NCBI GenBank assembly: GCA_963781885.1
Contig: CAWAHW010000005.1
Span: 224,001 to 288,000, forward strand
From: an uncultured Spirochaetota bacterium
GTDB taxonomy: Bacteria > Spirochaetota > Spirochaetia > SZUA-6 > Fen-1364
Direction of reading: 5' to 3'
DNA length: 64,000 nt
In this document: in pieces, positions 19,122 through 31,487 of the stretch
Layout: each line of letters opens with the position of its first letter
Position numbering within the stretch: position 1 is the first letter of the stretch
Notes under the pieces: model-generated
What the model was told of the DNA's origin: nothing
Database searches by the model: none
The model's input: the letters and a program-made list of their open reading frames with translations, nothing else
Program-made: the position numbers and the translations under genes

Positions 19122-20200
19122 AAGCGACCTGCGCCGTTCTCCTTCTGCTTGCCCTCGCACCGTGCAGCCACGCTGATCCCCTCCTGTACAGGTCGAACAG
19201 CTTCGGCATGCTCCTGGAGCCCATCCAGCGCTTCCGCCGCGACCAGACCGAATGGGTAGTGGAAGTGGAGAAGAACGGCGCGAACGAGACGCGGCGGCTC
19301 TACGACAATGGCACAGAGACCCACCGGTGGGAAACGACGGCGTTGCGGAAGGACGGGGGAAGGATCGAGCGCGAGCTTGCCGGCTCCACGCTGGTCGCCG
19401 TGCGGACATATGACGCGGCGGGATCCGTGCTCCAGGAGGAGCAATTCACGGGCGGCGCATTGTCGCAGCGGGCCGTCTACTCCTATGCGGGCGGAAGGCT
19501 CCTGCGCGTGCGGGTGCAAAACGCCGACGGAAGCCTCAGCTACACGGAAGACTACCTTTACACCACCACCGGGGCACTCCGCCAGGTGCGGCGTACGCCC
19601 GCCACGGGCGATGCGAATCTCGCGGCCTATACCTATGGGTCGCAGGGGCTCTCGGTGACCCGCACCACTGTCGGCGCCGTGACGAACCTCGATCGCTACG
19701 ACTCCCGCGGCCGCGTCGTCCAGAGGGAAAGAAGCGTCGACGGAAGCCCGGTGTCCCGGGAGGATTTCACCTTCCGGCCGGATGCGGATTACCTGCTTTC
19801 CTCGGTGGAAGTCTTTCCCGCTGATTCACGGCGCATCGACCGCGGCTACGACGAGAAGGGGCACCTGACGGGCGAGACGACAACAGTGGCGGGGAAAGTG
19901 ACGGACACGGTCCTATACGCGCGGGACGGGGAGGGCCGCGTGACGATGGAGACCCGGCACGGACCGAATGGCCTCGAGGTGTGGAAATACACCCTTGACG
20001 ATGCGGGGAAAGTGACGCGCGAAACCTACGCGGTGGGAGGGACGCTTGCCAAGGTGACGGTGTACGGCGCCGACAAGCTCAGGACAGAGGACCTCTACCG
20101 GGAAGGGGAGATGTTCCTCAGGGTCTTCTACGACGGGGACACCCGCCTGCGCGAGCAGGTCTTTGTCGACGGCGCCATGGTGCGGGAGAGACACTACTGA
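19118..20200 (+). CDS. Hypothetical exported protein with YD-like beta repeats
   Basis: Signal peptide; repeated YDxxG motifs; lies between ftsY and lolE. Confidence 0.7.
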   Translation: MKATCAVLLLLALAPCSHADPLLYRSNSFGMLLEPIQRFRRDQTEWVVEVEKNGANETRRLYDNGTETHRWETTALRKDGGRIERELAGSTLVAVRTYDAAGSVLQEEQFTGGALSQRAVYSYAGGRLLRVRVQNADGSLSYTEDYLYTTTGALRQVRRTPATGDANLAAYTYGSQGLSVTRTTVGAVTNLDRYDSRGRVVQRERSVDGSPVSREDFTFRPDADYLLSSVEVFPADSRRIDRGYDEKGHLTGETTTVAGKVTDTVLYARDGEGRVTMETRHGPNGLEVWKYTLDDAGKVTRETYAVGGTLAKVTVYGADKLRTEDLYREGEMFLRVFYDGDTRLREQVFVDGAMVRERHY

Positions 20201-21534
20201 TGCGGGGCTCGCTGCCGCTCCTGCTGGCGTCCCGTCATTTCCGCACCCGACGGCGCGAGGCGGGAAACGCCTCGACGATACTCTCGGTGGCGGGAATCGC
20301 GGTCGGCGTGATGACCCTCACCGTCGTGCTCGCGGTCATGAACGGTTTCCAGCTTGGGTTCATCGACAGCATCGTGGAGATCAGCTCCTATCACCTCCAG
20401 GCACGACCACGCGTCGACGCCGGCTCGGCGGCGCCCTCCCCGACGCTCGATGCCGCCGTGATCGCGGCGCTGCACGACGTCCGCGGCGTGACGGCCGTCG
20501 TGCCCTATGCGGAGCGGCAGGCGCTCGTCGAGCGCGCCTTCCAGCGCCCCCGCGCGTGCATCGTCCGCGCTGTGCCACCTGACCTCACGGTCATGGACCC
20601 GGCGCAGGCCCGCATGCTCGCGCTGGAAGACGGCAGCTTCGACCTGCGGGATCCGGCCGACGTCGTCATCGGCGCGGAGCTGTCCCTGGCGCTGGGCGCG
20701 CGGGTGGGGGATGCGCTCTCGCTCAGCTCCTACACACCCGGGGCGAACGGTCGGCCCGTTCCCCGGCGCGACGGGTTCCGCGTGACCGGCATTTTCCGCT
20801 CGGGCAATTACGACTTCGACACCGGAATGGTTTTCATCTCGCTCGCCGCCGCCGATACCCTGTACGGCGGGGGGGCGCCGCTGCCCCGCACGTGGGGGAT
20901 CAAGCTCGCGGACCGGTTTGCCGACGGTCCCGCCCTCCGTGCCGTCACCGCGCTCCTGGCGGGGACGGGCTTCGTTGCGGAAAGCTGGCGCACGTACAAC
21001 AGGTCCTTCTTCGACGCGCTTTTCGTTGAGAAGCTCATGATGATGGTGCTCGTCGGCCTCATCTTCCTCGTGGTGGGTTTCAACGTGTACCATTCGCTGC
21101 GCCGCAGCGTGCACGAGCGGATGGAGGAGATCGCGGTGCTCAAGTCACTCGGCGTGCCCCCGCGGCGCATCCAGGCCACATTCATTCTCGAGGGATTCTT
21201 CATCGGCGGGGCAGGCGCCGTCCTCGGGATGCTCGCGGGGCTGGTTCTCTCCGTGAACGTGAACGAGGTGTTCGCTCTTGTGGAGTCGCTCGTGAACGGC
21301 ATCCTCGGCCTGGGCCGCGTGCTCTTCCTCGCCCTTTCCGCGAAAGGGGGCTCCTCTTCATTTGCCATCTTCTCGCCGACGAGCTTCTATCTCACGCAGG
21401 TGCCGTCGCACGTCTACCTGCGCGAAGCGTTCATGGTGGCCGCTTTCGCGGTTGCCGCGTGCACGGTCGCCGCGCTTGGCGCGTCGCGCGCCGTCTCCCG
21501 GTTCCGACCCGCCGAGGTGCTCCGCTATGAGTGA
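20200..21534 (+). CDS. Lipoprotein-releasing ABC permease (LolC/E family)
   Basis: GIAVGVMTLTVVLAVMNGF, EIAVLKSLG, PAEVLRYE. Confidence 0.9.
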   Translation: MRGSLPLLLASRHFRTRRREAGNASTILSVAGIAVGVMTLTVVLAVMNGFQLGFIDSIVEISSYHLQARPRVDAGSAAPSPTLDAAVIAALHDVRGVTAVVPYAERQALVERAFQRPRACIVRAVPPDLTVMDPAQARMLALEDGSFDLRDPADVVIGAELSLALGARVGDALSLSSYTPGANGRPVPRRDGFRVTGIFRSGNYDFDTGMVFISLAAADTLYGGGAPLPRTWGIKLADRFADGPALRAVTALLAGTGFVAESWRTYNRSFFDALFVEKLMMMVLVGLIFLVVGFNVYHSLRRSVHERMEEIAVLKSLGVPPRRIQATFILEGFFIGGAGAVLGMLAGLVLSVNVNEVFALVESLVNGILGLGRVLFLALSAKGGSSSFAIFSPTSFYLTQVPSHVYLREAFMVAAFAVAACTVAALGASRAVSRFRPAEVLRYE

Positions 21535-22234
21535 TGGAATGCCTTCTCCCGCGGCGGCGGCGCCGCTCGTCAAGACCCTCGGCCTGGAGCGTCGTTTCCT
21601 CACCGGTGTCGAGACGCTGGAGGTGTTGCGGGGCGTGGACTTGAGCGTGCCCCGGGGCGCAACCGTGGCGATCTCGGGTGAGAGCGGCTGCGGCAAGAGC
21701 ACGCTGTTGGGGCTCATCGGGGGACTGGATCGACCTACCGCGGGCCGGGTGATCGTCGAAGGCACCGACATCACCGAGCTCACGGAATCCGCTCTCAGCG
21801 CCTACCGAAACCGCGCCGTGGGTTTCATCTTCCAGTTTCATTTTCTGCTGAAGGATTTCACCGCGCTGGAGAACGTCGTCATTCCCGCGATGATGCGGCC
21901 CGAGTCGCGCAAGGCGCTGCGGGAGCGCGGCCGCGCGCTCCTTGCCGAGGTGGGGCTTGAGGGCAGGCGGGACGCGTGGCCGCACGAGCTTTCCGGCGGG
22001 GAGCGCCAGCGCGTGGCCGTGGCGCGCTCCCTCATCAATGGGCCGCCGCTCGTCCTGGCCGACGAACCGACGGGCAATCTCGACGAGCGCAACGCGCGCG
22101 CCGTGGAGGACATCCTGTTCGACCTTGCCCGCGCGCACGGCAGGACGATGATCATCGTCACGCACGACCCCGCGCTCGCCGCGCGCGCGAGCAGCCGTTA
22201 CCTGCTCGCCGGCGGCGTGCTCTCACCCCTATGA
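21527..22234 (+). CDS. lolD: Lipoprotein-releasing ABC ATP-binding protein
   Basis: GESGCGKST, GFIFQFHFLL (LolD motif), LSGGERQR, ADEPTGNLD. Confidence 0.9.
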   Translation: MSDGMPSPAAAAPLVKTLGLERRFLTGVETLEVLRGVDLSVPRGATVAISGESGCGKSTLLGLIGGLDRPTAGRVIVEGTDITELTESALSAYRNRAVGFIFQFHFLLKDFTALENVVIPAMMRPESRKALRERGRALLAEVGLEGRRDAWPHELSGGERQRVAVARSLINGPPLVLADEPTGNLDERNARAVEDILFDLARAHGRTMIIVTHDPALAARASSRYLLAGGVLSPL

Positions 22235-23532
22235 TGAGGTTCGTTGCCTTCCTGGGCGTGCGCGTGCTGCGCGGAAAGGGGGGCACGGCACGCTACCTGC
22301 GCGGCGCGGTCATCGGGATCGCCGTGAGCCTCGTTCCGCTCATCGTCGTGATGGAAGTCTCCACGGGCATGATCGAGGGGATCACCGCCCGGCTCCTGGA
22401 GGTCGGCACCTACCACCTGCAGCTCGCCCTGCCGCCCGACACGTCGGTGGAAAGGCTCGACAGTCTTGCGGGAGCCATCGGCGCCGTGTCCGGTGTGATT
22501 GCCGCGGTGCCCGAGCGGCAGGGAACGGCCCTTCTCGTTTCCTCCCGGGGCGCCGCGGGCGTGAGCGTCCGGTTCGTCCCGCCGGATGTTTTCGCGCGGG
22601 ACGGCGGTTTCCGCTCCTTCATGACAATGCGCGACGGCGCAGACGATCTCACCCGGACCGATTCGATCCTCGCAAGCTCGGCAACCGCGGCAAGCCTCGG
22701 CATCAAGGCCGGCGACCGCGTGACCCTCCTCACGACCTACGGGGAGGACATGAGCGGGCTGCCCCGGCTCACGCCGCTCACGGTCAGGGGCATCTACGAG
22801 ACGGGCTACCAGGAGCTGGATGCAACGCTGGCATACGCGCCGCTCGCGCTTGCCGACCGCGTGCTTTCCCCGCGCACCGTGCGCACGATGATCGGGATCA
22901 AGGTAACTGATCCCTTCGGCGATCTTTCCACCGTGAGCCAGGCAGTGGCGGACGCGACGGGCGGGAGCGTCCGGGTGGCGACCTGGCGCGAGATAGAGTT
23001 TGCGCGGCTGGGGAGCTTCGCCACCACCAAGGCGCTTCTCCTCCTCATCATGGCGCTCGTTGTCATCGTGGCCTCCGTGAACGTCTCATCGTCGGTGCTC
23101 ATGATCCTGTTCGAAAGGCGTTTCGACCTGGGCATCCTCAAGAGCGTCGGCGCGAGCCCGCGCTCCCTCGCCCTTTCCTTCCTGGGCGCGGGTTTCGCCA
23201 CGGGCCTTCTCGGGACCGTGCTGGGGATCTCGGCGGGTCTTCTCGTGGCCGTCAATATCAACGAGGTGATGGCGGGGCTGGAGTGGATCGTGAACCAGGG
23301 CATCGCCTTTGCATCCCTTGTGCGGACGTCCTTCAATCCGGCGGCAACGCCCCTGGGCTCGTTCACCCTTTTCAACAGCGCGTACTACCTGAAGCAGATC
23401 CCCATCAGGATAAACGCGGGCGAGGTGATCGCCGCCGCCGTGGCATCGCTCGCCCTTTCAGCCGTTGCCTCCTACATCCCCGCCGCTCGCGCGGCGCGAA
23501 CCCGACCGCTGGAGGTCCTGCGAAAGGTGTAA
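22231..23532 (+). CDS. Lipoprotein-releasing ABC permease (LolC/E family)
   Basis: FtsX-like permease; GILKSVGAS, PARAARTRPLEVLR-type tail. Confidence 0.88.
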   Translation: MMRFVAFLGVRVLRGKGGTARYLRGAVIGIAVSLVPLIVVMEVSTGMIEGITARLLEVGTYHLQLALPPDTSVERLDSLAGAIGAVSGVIAAVPERQGTALLVSSRGAAGVSVRFVPPDVFARDGGFRSFMTMRDGADDLTRTDSILASSATAASLGIKAGDRVTLLTTYGEDMSGLPRLTPLTVRGIYETGYQELDATLAYAPLALADRVLSPRTVRTMIGIKVTDPFGDLSTVSQAVADATGGSVRVATWREIEFARLGSFATTKALLLLIMALVVIVASVNVSSSVLMILFERRFDLGILKSVGASPRSLALSFLGAGFATGLLGTVLGISAGLLVAVNINEVMAGLEWIVNQGIAFASLVRTSFNPAATPLGSFTLFNSAYYLKQIPIRINAGEVIAAAVASLALSAVASYIPAARAARTRPLEVLRKV

Positions 23533-23651
23533 ACGCCGCCACGCGCCGAAACCGAAATGTCGCCAGGAGCGACCGCGTTGGCACCTTCCGCACGGTGTAC
23601 CGTGCTCCACATAGAAATCCCACACTGTTTTATGTATACTTGGGCGTGGCG

Positions 23652-24146
23652 ATGAAATGCGAGATTTGCGGCCTGAAGGACGCAGTCATACACATCCGAC
23701 AGATACAAAAAGACCTCGTGCACGAGCTGCACATCTGCGAAGAGTGCGCGCAGGAGAAGGGCCTGATGCGCGAGGAGGATTCCGAGCTCCCCATCGCCAA
23801 CCTCCTTTCCGGGCTTCTGGAGGGCAAGGACCTGACGGGCGCCGGTGAAGTGAAAGAGGCATGCCCGAAGTGCGGCATGAAGGCCTCCGAGTTCCGCAAG
23901 CAGGGAAAGCTCGGCTGTCCGGAGTGCTTCCATGCGTTCGAGAAGGATGTGCGGGCCATCATCTCGCAAATGGCGGCACGGCCGCGGCACTCTGGCAAAG
24001 CGCCCCGGGCGGCGGCAAGCGAAGCCGCGGCTGCCGTGAAGGAAGACGGCTTGCGAGAAGAGCTGCGGGACGCGGTCGAGCGGGAAGAGTACGAGCTGGC
24101 GGCACGGCTGCGCGACCGGCTGCGGGAGCTTGAACCGGATGTTTGA
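23652..24146 (+). CDS. mcsA: McsA (CxxC motifs + UVR domain)
   Basis: Four CxxC pairs, GKLGCPECF, AVEREEYELAARLRD. Confidence 0.9.
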   Translation: MKCEICGLKDAVIHIRQIQKDLVHELHICEECAQEKGLMREEDSELPIANLLSGLLEGKDLTGAGEVKEACPKCGMKASEFRKQGKLGCPECFHAFEKDVRAIISQMAARPRHSGKAPRAAASEAAAAVKEDGLREELRDAVEREEYELAARLRDRLRELEPDV

Positions 24147-25219
24147 GTTCACCGGCCTCGCCGACATGAAGGGGTGGATGAATCTGCCGGCGCCGGACGC
24201 GGAGCCGGCGGGCTCGGTTGTCATTTCCAGCCGGGTGCGTCTGGCGCGGAATCTTGCCGCCTATGCGTACCCGGGACGCATCCCGGCGGACCAGGAGAAT
24301 GAGTGCCGCGAGCGGGTCGTCGGCGCATTCCGCGGCTTGCCGAACGCGGAAGATTTTACGATATTGTCATTGGACGACCTGCCGGCGCTGGACCGGCGCA
24401 TCCTCTTCGAGCGGAATCTCGTTTCCCAGGGATATTCAGTAGAGAAGCGCAGGGCTGTTGCCCTCAGCATCGACGAATCAGTCGTCGGCACCATCGGGGA
24501 CGAGGATCATCTGCGCCTGGCCGCGCTGGGCTGCGGCTCGTGTCTGGAGCCCCTCCTCGCGCGCCTGGATGCGCTGGACACGGCTCTGGAGGAATCGCTT
24601 TCCTACGCCTTCTCGCCCGAATGGGGCTACCTGAACACGGCGATCACGAACCTCGGCACGGGTCTGAAGGCGTCCATGATGCTCCACCTGCCGGCGCTGT
24701 CGATGAGCGGCCTCATCAAGAGGGCCGTGAAGGCATCGGCGCAGCTGGGGCTTTCGATACGCGGCTTCTACAGTGAAAGCATGGACTCGCTGGGCGACAT
24801 GTACGTGATCGCCAACGAGATCACGATCGGGCTCGCGGAGAAGGAGATCATCGGAAACTTGGGGCGCATTGCCGTCCAGCTTGCCGGCTATGAGAACCGC
24901 ACCCGCGAGGAGCTCCTTGAAAAAAGGAGGGTGGATATCGAAGACAGGGTTCTACAGGGCGTGGGGTCTTCTCACGTGGTGCCGCTACATGACGCACCGG
25001 GAGGCCATCGAGGCGCTTTCCGCGCTCCGCATGGGCATTGCACTGGGGCTGATCACGTCGGTGGAGATGGCGACCATCACCGCGCTGTTGTTCCTGTCGC
25101 AGAAGTCGCATATCCAGCGGGTGCTCCAATCCCAGGCCGACGTGGTCGACAGCAAGCTGATCGACTACACGCGGGCGAAGATCATCCGCGATGCGCTCAC
25201 GCAAACGAGGGGAGGCTGA
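24139..25219 (+). CDS. mcsB: McsB protein-arginine-kinase homolog (frameshift near 24949; catalytic Cys absent)
   Basis: [24 protein letters not shown]; C-terminus in ORF 24869..25219. Confidence 0.85.
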
Positions 25220-25223
25220 GGCT

Positions 25224-27752
25224 ATGTTCAAGGGTCTGACGCAGCGGGCGCAAAAGGTTCTCACCATACTCGCGCAGGAGGAGGCGAAACGGTTCCATTC
25301 GGACCAGCTCCTTCCCGAGCACATCATCCTCGCCCTCGTGAAGGACGGCGAAGGGGTGGCGGTCAAGGCGCTGCAGCGCATCAAGGTGGACGTCGGCGAG
25401 ATGCAGGCGGAGATCGAGAAGAGCCTGCCGAAGGGGAAGGGCGGCCTGATCCTCGGCGACGTTCCCCCCTCAAAGCGCGGCCAGAAGATCCTGGAGGACT
25501 CCGCGGAAGAAGCCCGCAACATGGGCCACGAGTACATCGGAACGGAGCATCTCCTGCTCGCCTCGATCAAGGAGCAGGGCAGCATCGTCGCGCGGTATCT
25601 GGCGCGCTACAACATCACGCCCAACGGCCTGCGGGAGGCCATCCTCCAGATCAGCGGCACCGGCGACTACAAGGGCTCGCCCGCCCAGGCGGCCAAGAAG
25701 AAGGCGCAGGCCCCGACGAAGAAGCCGACCCCGACGTTGGACGAGTTCGGCCGCGACCTCACGTCGTTTGCACGGGAGAACAAGCTCGACCCCGTGATCG
25801 GCCGGGAAAAGGAAATCCAGAGGGTTATCCAGATCCTCGCCCGACGCACGAAGAACAATCCCGTTCTCATCGGCGAGCCGGGCGTCGGCAAGACGGCCAT
25901 CGTGGAAGGTCTGGCGCAGAAGATCGTGGACGGCACGGTGCCGGAAGTGCTCGTCGGCAAGCGCGTCCTCACGCTGGACCTCGCCTCGCTGGTCGCCGGA
26001 ACGAAGTACCGCGGCGAGTTCGAGGAGAGGCTGAAGAGGGTCATGAAGGAGATCCTGAGCGCCGGCAACGTCGTTCTTTTCATCGACGAGCTCCATACGA
26101 TCATCGGCGCCGGCGGCGCGGAAGGCGCCATCGATGCCTCCAACATGCTGAAGCCGGCCCTGTCGCGTGGAGAGCTACAGTGCATCGGCGCCACGACGCT
26201 GAACGAATACAAGAAGCACATCGAGAAGGACGCAGCGCTGGAGCGCCGGTTCCAGCCCATCTACGTGTCCGAGCCTTCCGTGGAAGAGACCGTGGAGATC
26301 CTCAAGGGCATCAAGAAGAACTACGAGGAGCACCACCGGGTGGTCTATACCCCGGCCGCCGTGGAGGCCGCGGCGACGCTGTCGCGGCGCTACATCACGG
26401 AGCGCTACCTGCCCGACAAGGCCATCGACCTGATCGACGAATCCGGCTCCCGTCGCCGCATCAAGAACTCCATCCGCCCGCGCGAGCTCGCGGACCTGGA
26501 AAAGGAGATCGAGCGGCTGAACCTGGAAAAGACCAGCCTCGTGAACACCCAGAACTATGAGAAGGCCGCGGCCGTGCGCGACATGGTCCGGCAGCTCAAG
26601 GGCAAGGTGGACGAGATCAAGAAGAGCTGGGAGAGCACGATCACGGTGGAAGAGAACGTGGTCGACGTGGAGGACATCCAACAGGTCATCTCCGACATGA
26701 CCGGCATCCCGCTCGCGCGCATCGTGCAGAGCGAATCGCAGAAGCTCCTGAAGATCGAGGACGAGCTGCACAAGAAGGTCATCGGCCAGGAGGAGGCCAT
26801 TTCGGTCATCGCCTCCGCCATCCGCCGGTCGCGCACGGGTCTCTCATCCGCGCGCCGGCCCCTGGGCTCCTTCGTCTTCCTCGGGCCCACGGGCGTCGGC
26901 AAGACACTCGTGGCAAAGACGCTCGCGGAGTTCCTCTTCGGCGACGCGGACGCTCTGGTGCGCATCGACATGTCGGATTTCATGGAGAAGCACAATGTCT
27001 CGCGTCTGGTCGGCGCGCCCCCCGGGTACGTCGGCTATGAAGAGGGCGGCCTGCTCACGGAGAAGGTGCGGCGACGGCCCTTCAGCGTCATCCTCCTGGA
27101 CGAGATAGAGAAGGCGCACCCGGATGTGTTCAACATCCTCCTGCAAGTGCTCGAGGAAGGACAGCTCTCCGACAACCTGGGCCACGCCGTTTCCTTCCGC
27201 AACTCCGTGATGATCATGACCTCCAACCTCGGCGCACGGGAGATCAACAAGGACTCATCCCTCGGCTTCCAGTCGGAAGAGGGCGGCATGAACTTCAAGG
27301 ACATCCGCAACTACGTGATGGCCGAAGTGAAGCGGGCGTTCAACCCCGAGTTCATCAACCGCATCGACGAGATCGTCGTGTTCCACAACCTCGACAAGAC
27401 GCACCTCAGCCAGATCTTCGACCTGATGGTGAAGGAGATTTCCGACAGGCTTGTGGAGCAGAAGATCACGATCACCGTGCGGAAGAAGGTGCGGGAGCAT
27501 CTCATCGACAAGGGCTTCGATGAGAAGTTCGGCGCGCGTCCCCTGCGGAGGCTTCTCCAGAAGGAAGTGGAAGACCCCCTGTCGCTGGAAATACTCAAGG
27601 GGCGGTTCACGGCCGGCGACGCCATCGACATCGAGATGCGCGGCGACAAGATCCTTTTCCGCAAGCAGGAGATCCGCAAGGCGCTGAAAGCTCCTGCACA
27701 GCCCGCGGGGCTGCTCATGGACGAGAAAGAGGCGGAGAAAGTCACCACATGA
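25224..27752 (+). CDS. clpC: ATP-dependent Clp protease ATPase ClpC
   Basis: Clp-N repeats, [24 protein letters not shown] middle domain. Confidence 0.95.
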   Translation: MFKGLTQRAQKVLTILAQEEAKRFHSDQLLPEHIILALVKDGEGVAVKALQRIKVDVGEMQAEIEKSLPKGKGGLILGDVPPSKRGQKILEDSAEEARNMGHEYIGTEHLLLASIKEQGSIVARYLARYNITPNGLREAILQISGTGDYKGSPAQAAKKKAQAPTKKPTPTLDEFGRDLTSFARENKLDPVIGREKEIQRVIQILARRTKNNPVLIGEPGVGKTAIVEGLAQKIVDGTVPEVLVGKRVLTLDLASLVAGTKYRGEFEERLKRVMKEILSAGNVVLFIDELHTIIGAGGAEGAIDASNMLKPALSRGELQCIGATTLNEYKKHIEKDAALERRFQPIYVSEPSVEETVEILKGIKKNYEEHHRVVYTPAAVEAAATLSRRYITERYLPDKAIDLIDESGSRRRIKNSIRPRELADLEKEIERLNLEKTSLVNTQNYEKAAAVRDMVRQLKGKVDEIKKSWESTITVEENVVDVEDIQQVISDMTGIPLARIVQSESQKLLKIEDELHKKVIGQEEAISVIASAIRRSRTGLSSARRPLGSFVFLGPTGVGKTLVAKTLAEFLFGDADALVRIDMSDFMEKHNVSRLVGAPPGYVGYEEGGLLTEKVRRRPFSVILLDEIEKAHPDVFNILLQVLEEGQLSDNLGHAVSFRNSVMIMTSNLGAREINKDSSLGFQSEEGGMNFKDIRNYVMAEVKRAFNPEFINRIDEIVVFHNLDKTHLSQIFDLMVKEISDRLVEQKITITVRKKVREHLIDKGFDEKFGARPLRRLLQKEVEDPLSLEILKGRFTAGDAIDIEMRGDKILFRKQEIRKALKAPAQPAGLLMDEKEAEKVTT

Positions 27753-30698
27753 ACGTCGGCGGGAGGGCGGGGGTGAGGCGTCTCCTTGCTCTCGCGTTCC
27801 TCCTGCTCGTGACCCCCTGCTTCGCCGGCCCGGTTGATGACCTGCTCACCGTCGGCAAAAAGGCTTTTGCCGATGCCCAGTACACGCTCGCCATCTCGAG
27901 CTTCCAGAAGATACTGGACGAATATCCGGACTCCGCATCCGCGGAGGAGGCCGCATACCTGCTGGGCATCTCCCAGTTCTATGCCGGACGATGGGCGGAG
28001 TCGCTGGATGCCTTCTCAGGCTTCCGCACGCGCTTTCCCTCGTCGAGCCTGATACCGCGCACCTCCTACTGGATGGGCGCCGCCCTCGTGAACCTCGGCA
28101 GGTTCAAGGATGCGCTTGATTCGCTTGGCCCGGTCTCAAACGACGCGGGAGGCGGGAATCCCTATCGGCTCAATGCAAAGCTGATTTCCGGCGTCGCCCT
28201 CGAAGGCCTCGGCCGCGACGCGGACGCCGCGGCAGCCTACGGCGCGGTGCTCGCCGATCCGGCGGCCGGCTCCCTTGCAGCGGAGGCGACCTATCGGCTC
28301 GCGGGCACCGAGCTCCGGGCGGGCAGGTATGCATCCGCGCGCGATCTCTACGGCAGGGTGCTCATCGACGATGCACGAAGTCCCTTTGTCCAGGATGCCC
28401 TGTTTTTCCTGGCGGAGTGCGAGCTTTCACTCGGCAACCTTGCAGAAGCGCAGAAACGCTATGAGACGCTCCTTTCCCTCTATCCCGATTCCACCCACCG
28501 GGAGACCGCAGCGTACCGCCTGGCCGAGATTGCCTGGCGCCAGAAGAAAGGGCCGGCCTCGATCGACCAGCTGGATTCGCTGGAGCGGCAGTATCCCGGC
28601 GGCGCATTCACGGGGAGCACTCTTCGGCTTCGCGCGGACATCGCCATGGATCAGAGGAGGTACGATGATGCCGCTGCCGGATACGAGGCGGCAGCGGCGG
28701 CCCTGCCGGATGGCAGGGAAAAGCAGGAGGCCCTCTATTCGCTGGGCATCGCGGAAGCCGATCTCCAGCACACCGATGCAGCCGCGTCGGCATTCGCGCG
28801 CGCCGGCTTCGGCGGCTCCGCTGAAGTCGCGCAGGCGGCGGGATACCAGGCCTCGCTCCTGCTGGCGCGCGCGGGTGAGACCGCACAGGCCATTCCGCCT
28901 CTTGACGCCTGGCTGCGCGCGTTTCCCGACAGCCCGGACGCGGAACAGGCTCTCGGGCTGTCGGCGGAGCTGAAGAAAAACCAAGGTGACCTGCCAGGGG
29001 CCATTTCGCGGTGGGGTGAGCTCATCAAAGATTTCCCGCAGTCGGCATCGCTTTCCGAATACCTTTTCCGCAGGGCCGCCGCGTTGCGCGCGGCCGGCAA
29101 CCCCTTCGCGGCCCTGGACGACTACCAGCGCATTGTTTCCGACTTTGCTTCCTCCCCATGGCGGGATGAAAGTGCTTTTGCAATCGGGTCTATCTACGCC
29201 GAAAGGGGGGAGTATCCGCGCGCCCTCCCTTTTTTTCAGTCCGCGGCCCAGTCATCCAAAGAGGGTGATCTGGGCGAGCGCAGCCGCCTCTCCGTTGCGC
29301 TCTGCCAGTTCAACATGGGAAGCTTCTCCGCGGCCCTTGCAAGCTTCCAGTCGTTGCGCGCAGCCATGCCCGCGAGCATTCCCGAGGGAACGATCGTCCT
29401 TTACATGGGTCGGGCCTTGTATCGCATGGAAAGGCTCGACGATGCAGCAGTCCGGCTCCGGGAGGCGGCCGATCTCCTGTCCGGCAGCGCCGATCCCCTT
29501 GGCGCCGATGCCCGCTACTGGCTGGGATGGTCGTACCTGAGGCTCGGCCGGCTGGCGGAATCCCGCGATGCATTTCTCGACCTTGCCCGGACGTATCCGC
29601 AGGATGCCCGCGGCCCCGAGGCGCTCTTTCGCGCGGCTGTCGCCGAGACGATGCGTTCCAACGACGCGGCGGCAATCGGGCTCTTCGACCAGGTGCTCAT
29701 GCTTCCCCATGACGCGGTGAGCGACGACGTGCGTGAGCAAACGCTCTATGAACGGGCATGGGCTTTGAGCCGGACGGGCACGGCGGCGGAGAGCTCCCCC
29801 GCATTTCGAAGATCTGGCGCGGCAGTATCCGACGGGCAGGCTCGCGCCGCAGGCCTTCTTTACGCTCGCGGAAAAAGCCTTCGATGCCGGGCGCTATCCG
29901 GAGGCCCGTGATGGGTTTTTTCGTGTTGCCCACGATTTCCCGCGCAGCCCGCTTGCGCTGCAGGCAGGCTACTGGGGCGCCGAATCCATGCGCCGCGACG
30001 GGGACGCGGCAGGCGCCGTCAAGGCTTTCTGGGCGTGTCTTTCCGCCGGTGCGAGGTCGAGCGTTCTGACGGCCGGTCTCGACGGGTTTTCCGCGGCGCT
30101 TCACGCTGCCGGCGACGTTGACCTGGCCCGCACCTATGCCAGACTTGCGTCCGGCGCCGGCGCTCTTTCTCCCGATGCCGCGGCAGGCGTGCGTCTTGCC
30201 GCCGCGGACATTCTTGTCGCCTCCCAGCCCGACGAGGCGCTCGCCATCATCACGGATGTGCGGCGGGATGCCCCGGCCGAGCCTTTTGCCGGCCAGGCAA
30301 GCCTGCTCCTTGCGAAGTGCTACGCGGCGGAGAAAGACTGGGACCATGCGCTGGATATCCTCGGCGTGCTGGAAAGCTCGCGCGCCGACGAGATTGGCGC
30401 TCAGGCCGCCCTCCAGCGCGGCGACACGCTGGAAGCCATGGGACGCACCGCCGATGCAATCGATGAGCTTGTCAAGGTGGGATACCTTTTTCCCGATTTT
30501 GCCGATCTTGCCGCCGAGGGGCTTTTCAACGCGGTGAGACTGGCGCACGCCCGGGGGGACGAGCAGAGGGCCGCGCGCCTTGCCCAGAATCTCCTTGCAT
30601 CGTATCCGACCACCAAGTGGGGCTTGCTGCTCAAGGCCCAGGAGAGGAAGGGGCCGGCGCCCGCACCGCGCGCGGACGCCTTGCGAAAGCAGGACTAG
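27749..30698 (+). CDS. Large TPR-repeat exported protein (frameshift near 29805)
   Basis: Signal peptide and many TPRs with YP turns; continues in frame of ORF 29988..30698. Confidence 0.8.
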
Positions 30699-31396
30699 GA
30701 GCCGCGGGCCCTTTCGATGTCCCTGCTCAGCACGCGAGCGACTTTTCGCGCCGTTTCCCGCGCAAGCTGGGAAAAGCCAGCGGCAAGCTCGTCCGGCGTC
30801 AGGTCTGAAAACACCGTGGCGCTCACCATGTTGCCGACGATCTGGCCGAGGCCGAACATGGCGGGGCTGGCAGCCTGCTCGACCGTGATGTCGCGGCTCC
30901 AGATGATATCCCGGCTCATGCTGTCGTGCAGCTCCGCGACGAGCCTGATGCGAAGCGACACGGCCGTCCCTGCGGTGCGCGCCTCCATGCCCCAGTCGGT
31001 GATGTCGAGCGAAAGGACATAGTTGGCGTCCCGCAGCGATCCGGCCGACTCGGCGCCGAGCGCGGTGGCGCAGGCGGTGAATGTCTCGTCGCGGATCATG
31101 CCCGGCACGTCGATGGAGGCAAGGCCTTCCCGCATGGCGTTTTCCGCCTGCTGTGCCTGGTTGGCCTTCGCGAGGTTGGTCATGACGCTGAGCGCGCTGA
31201 ACACGAGATTGTGCCCGTCCAGCGTAACGTCGTACTGGACGTCCAGGCGCGGAGCCGGTGGCATGGGCATGTCGACGGCGAGCTGCGCGCCCCGGAAATC
31301 GTACGCATCCAGCCTGTTCATCGAAGCGCACGAGGCGAGCAGCACGGATGCGGCAATACCCGCCGCAACAACTGTCATCTTCAGCACCGTTTTCAT
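30695..31396 (-). CDS. Putative lipoprotein
   Basis: Lipobox LLAS-C after a hydrophobic signal peptide. Confidence 0.7.
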   Translation of the reverse strand: MKTVLKMTVVAAGIAASVLLASCASMNRLDAYDFRGAQLAVDMPMPPAPRLDVQYDVTLDGHNLVFSALSVMTNLAKANQAQQAENAMREGLASIDVPGMIRDETFTACATALGAESAGSLRDANYVLSLDITDWGMEARTAGTAVSLRIRLVAELHDSMSRDIIWSRDITVEQAASPAMFGLGQIVGNMVSATVFSDLTPDELAAGFSQLARETARKVARVLSRDIERARGS

Positions 31397-31487
31397 TTGA
31401 GCTCCTTGTCAATGCAACACCGGGAAGGCTTTCGCGGGGCACCCGGCTTATTCTACCAGGAGCGAGCGAGGGACGTCACTCCCGGAC

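Noticed and set aside
19118-20200. RHS/YD-repeat toxin
   Set aside because: Short, no RHS core or toxin tip, no immunity gene; sits in the ftsY-lol housekeeping operon
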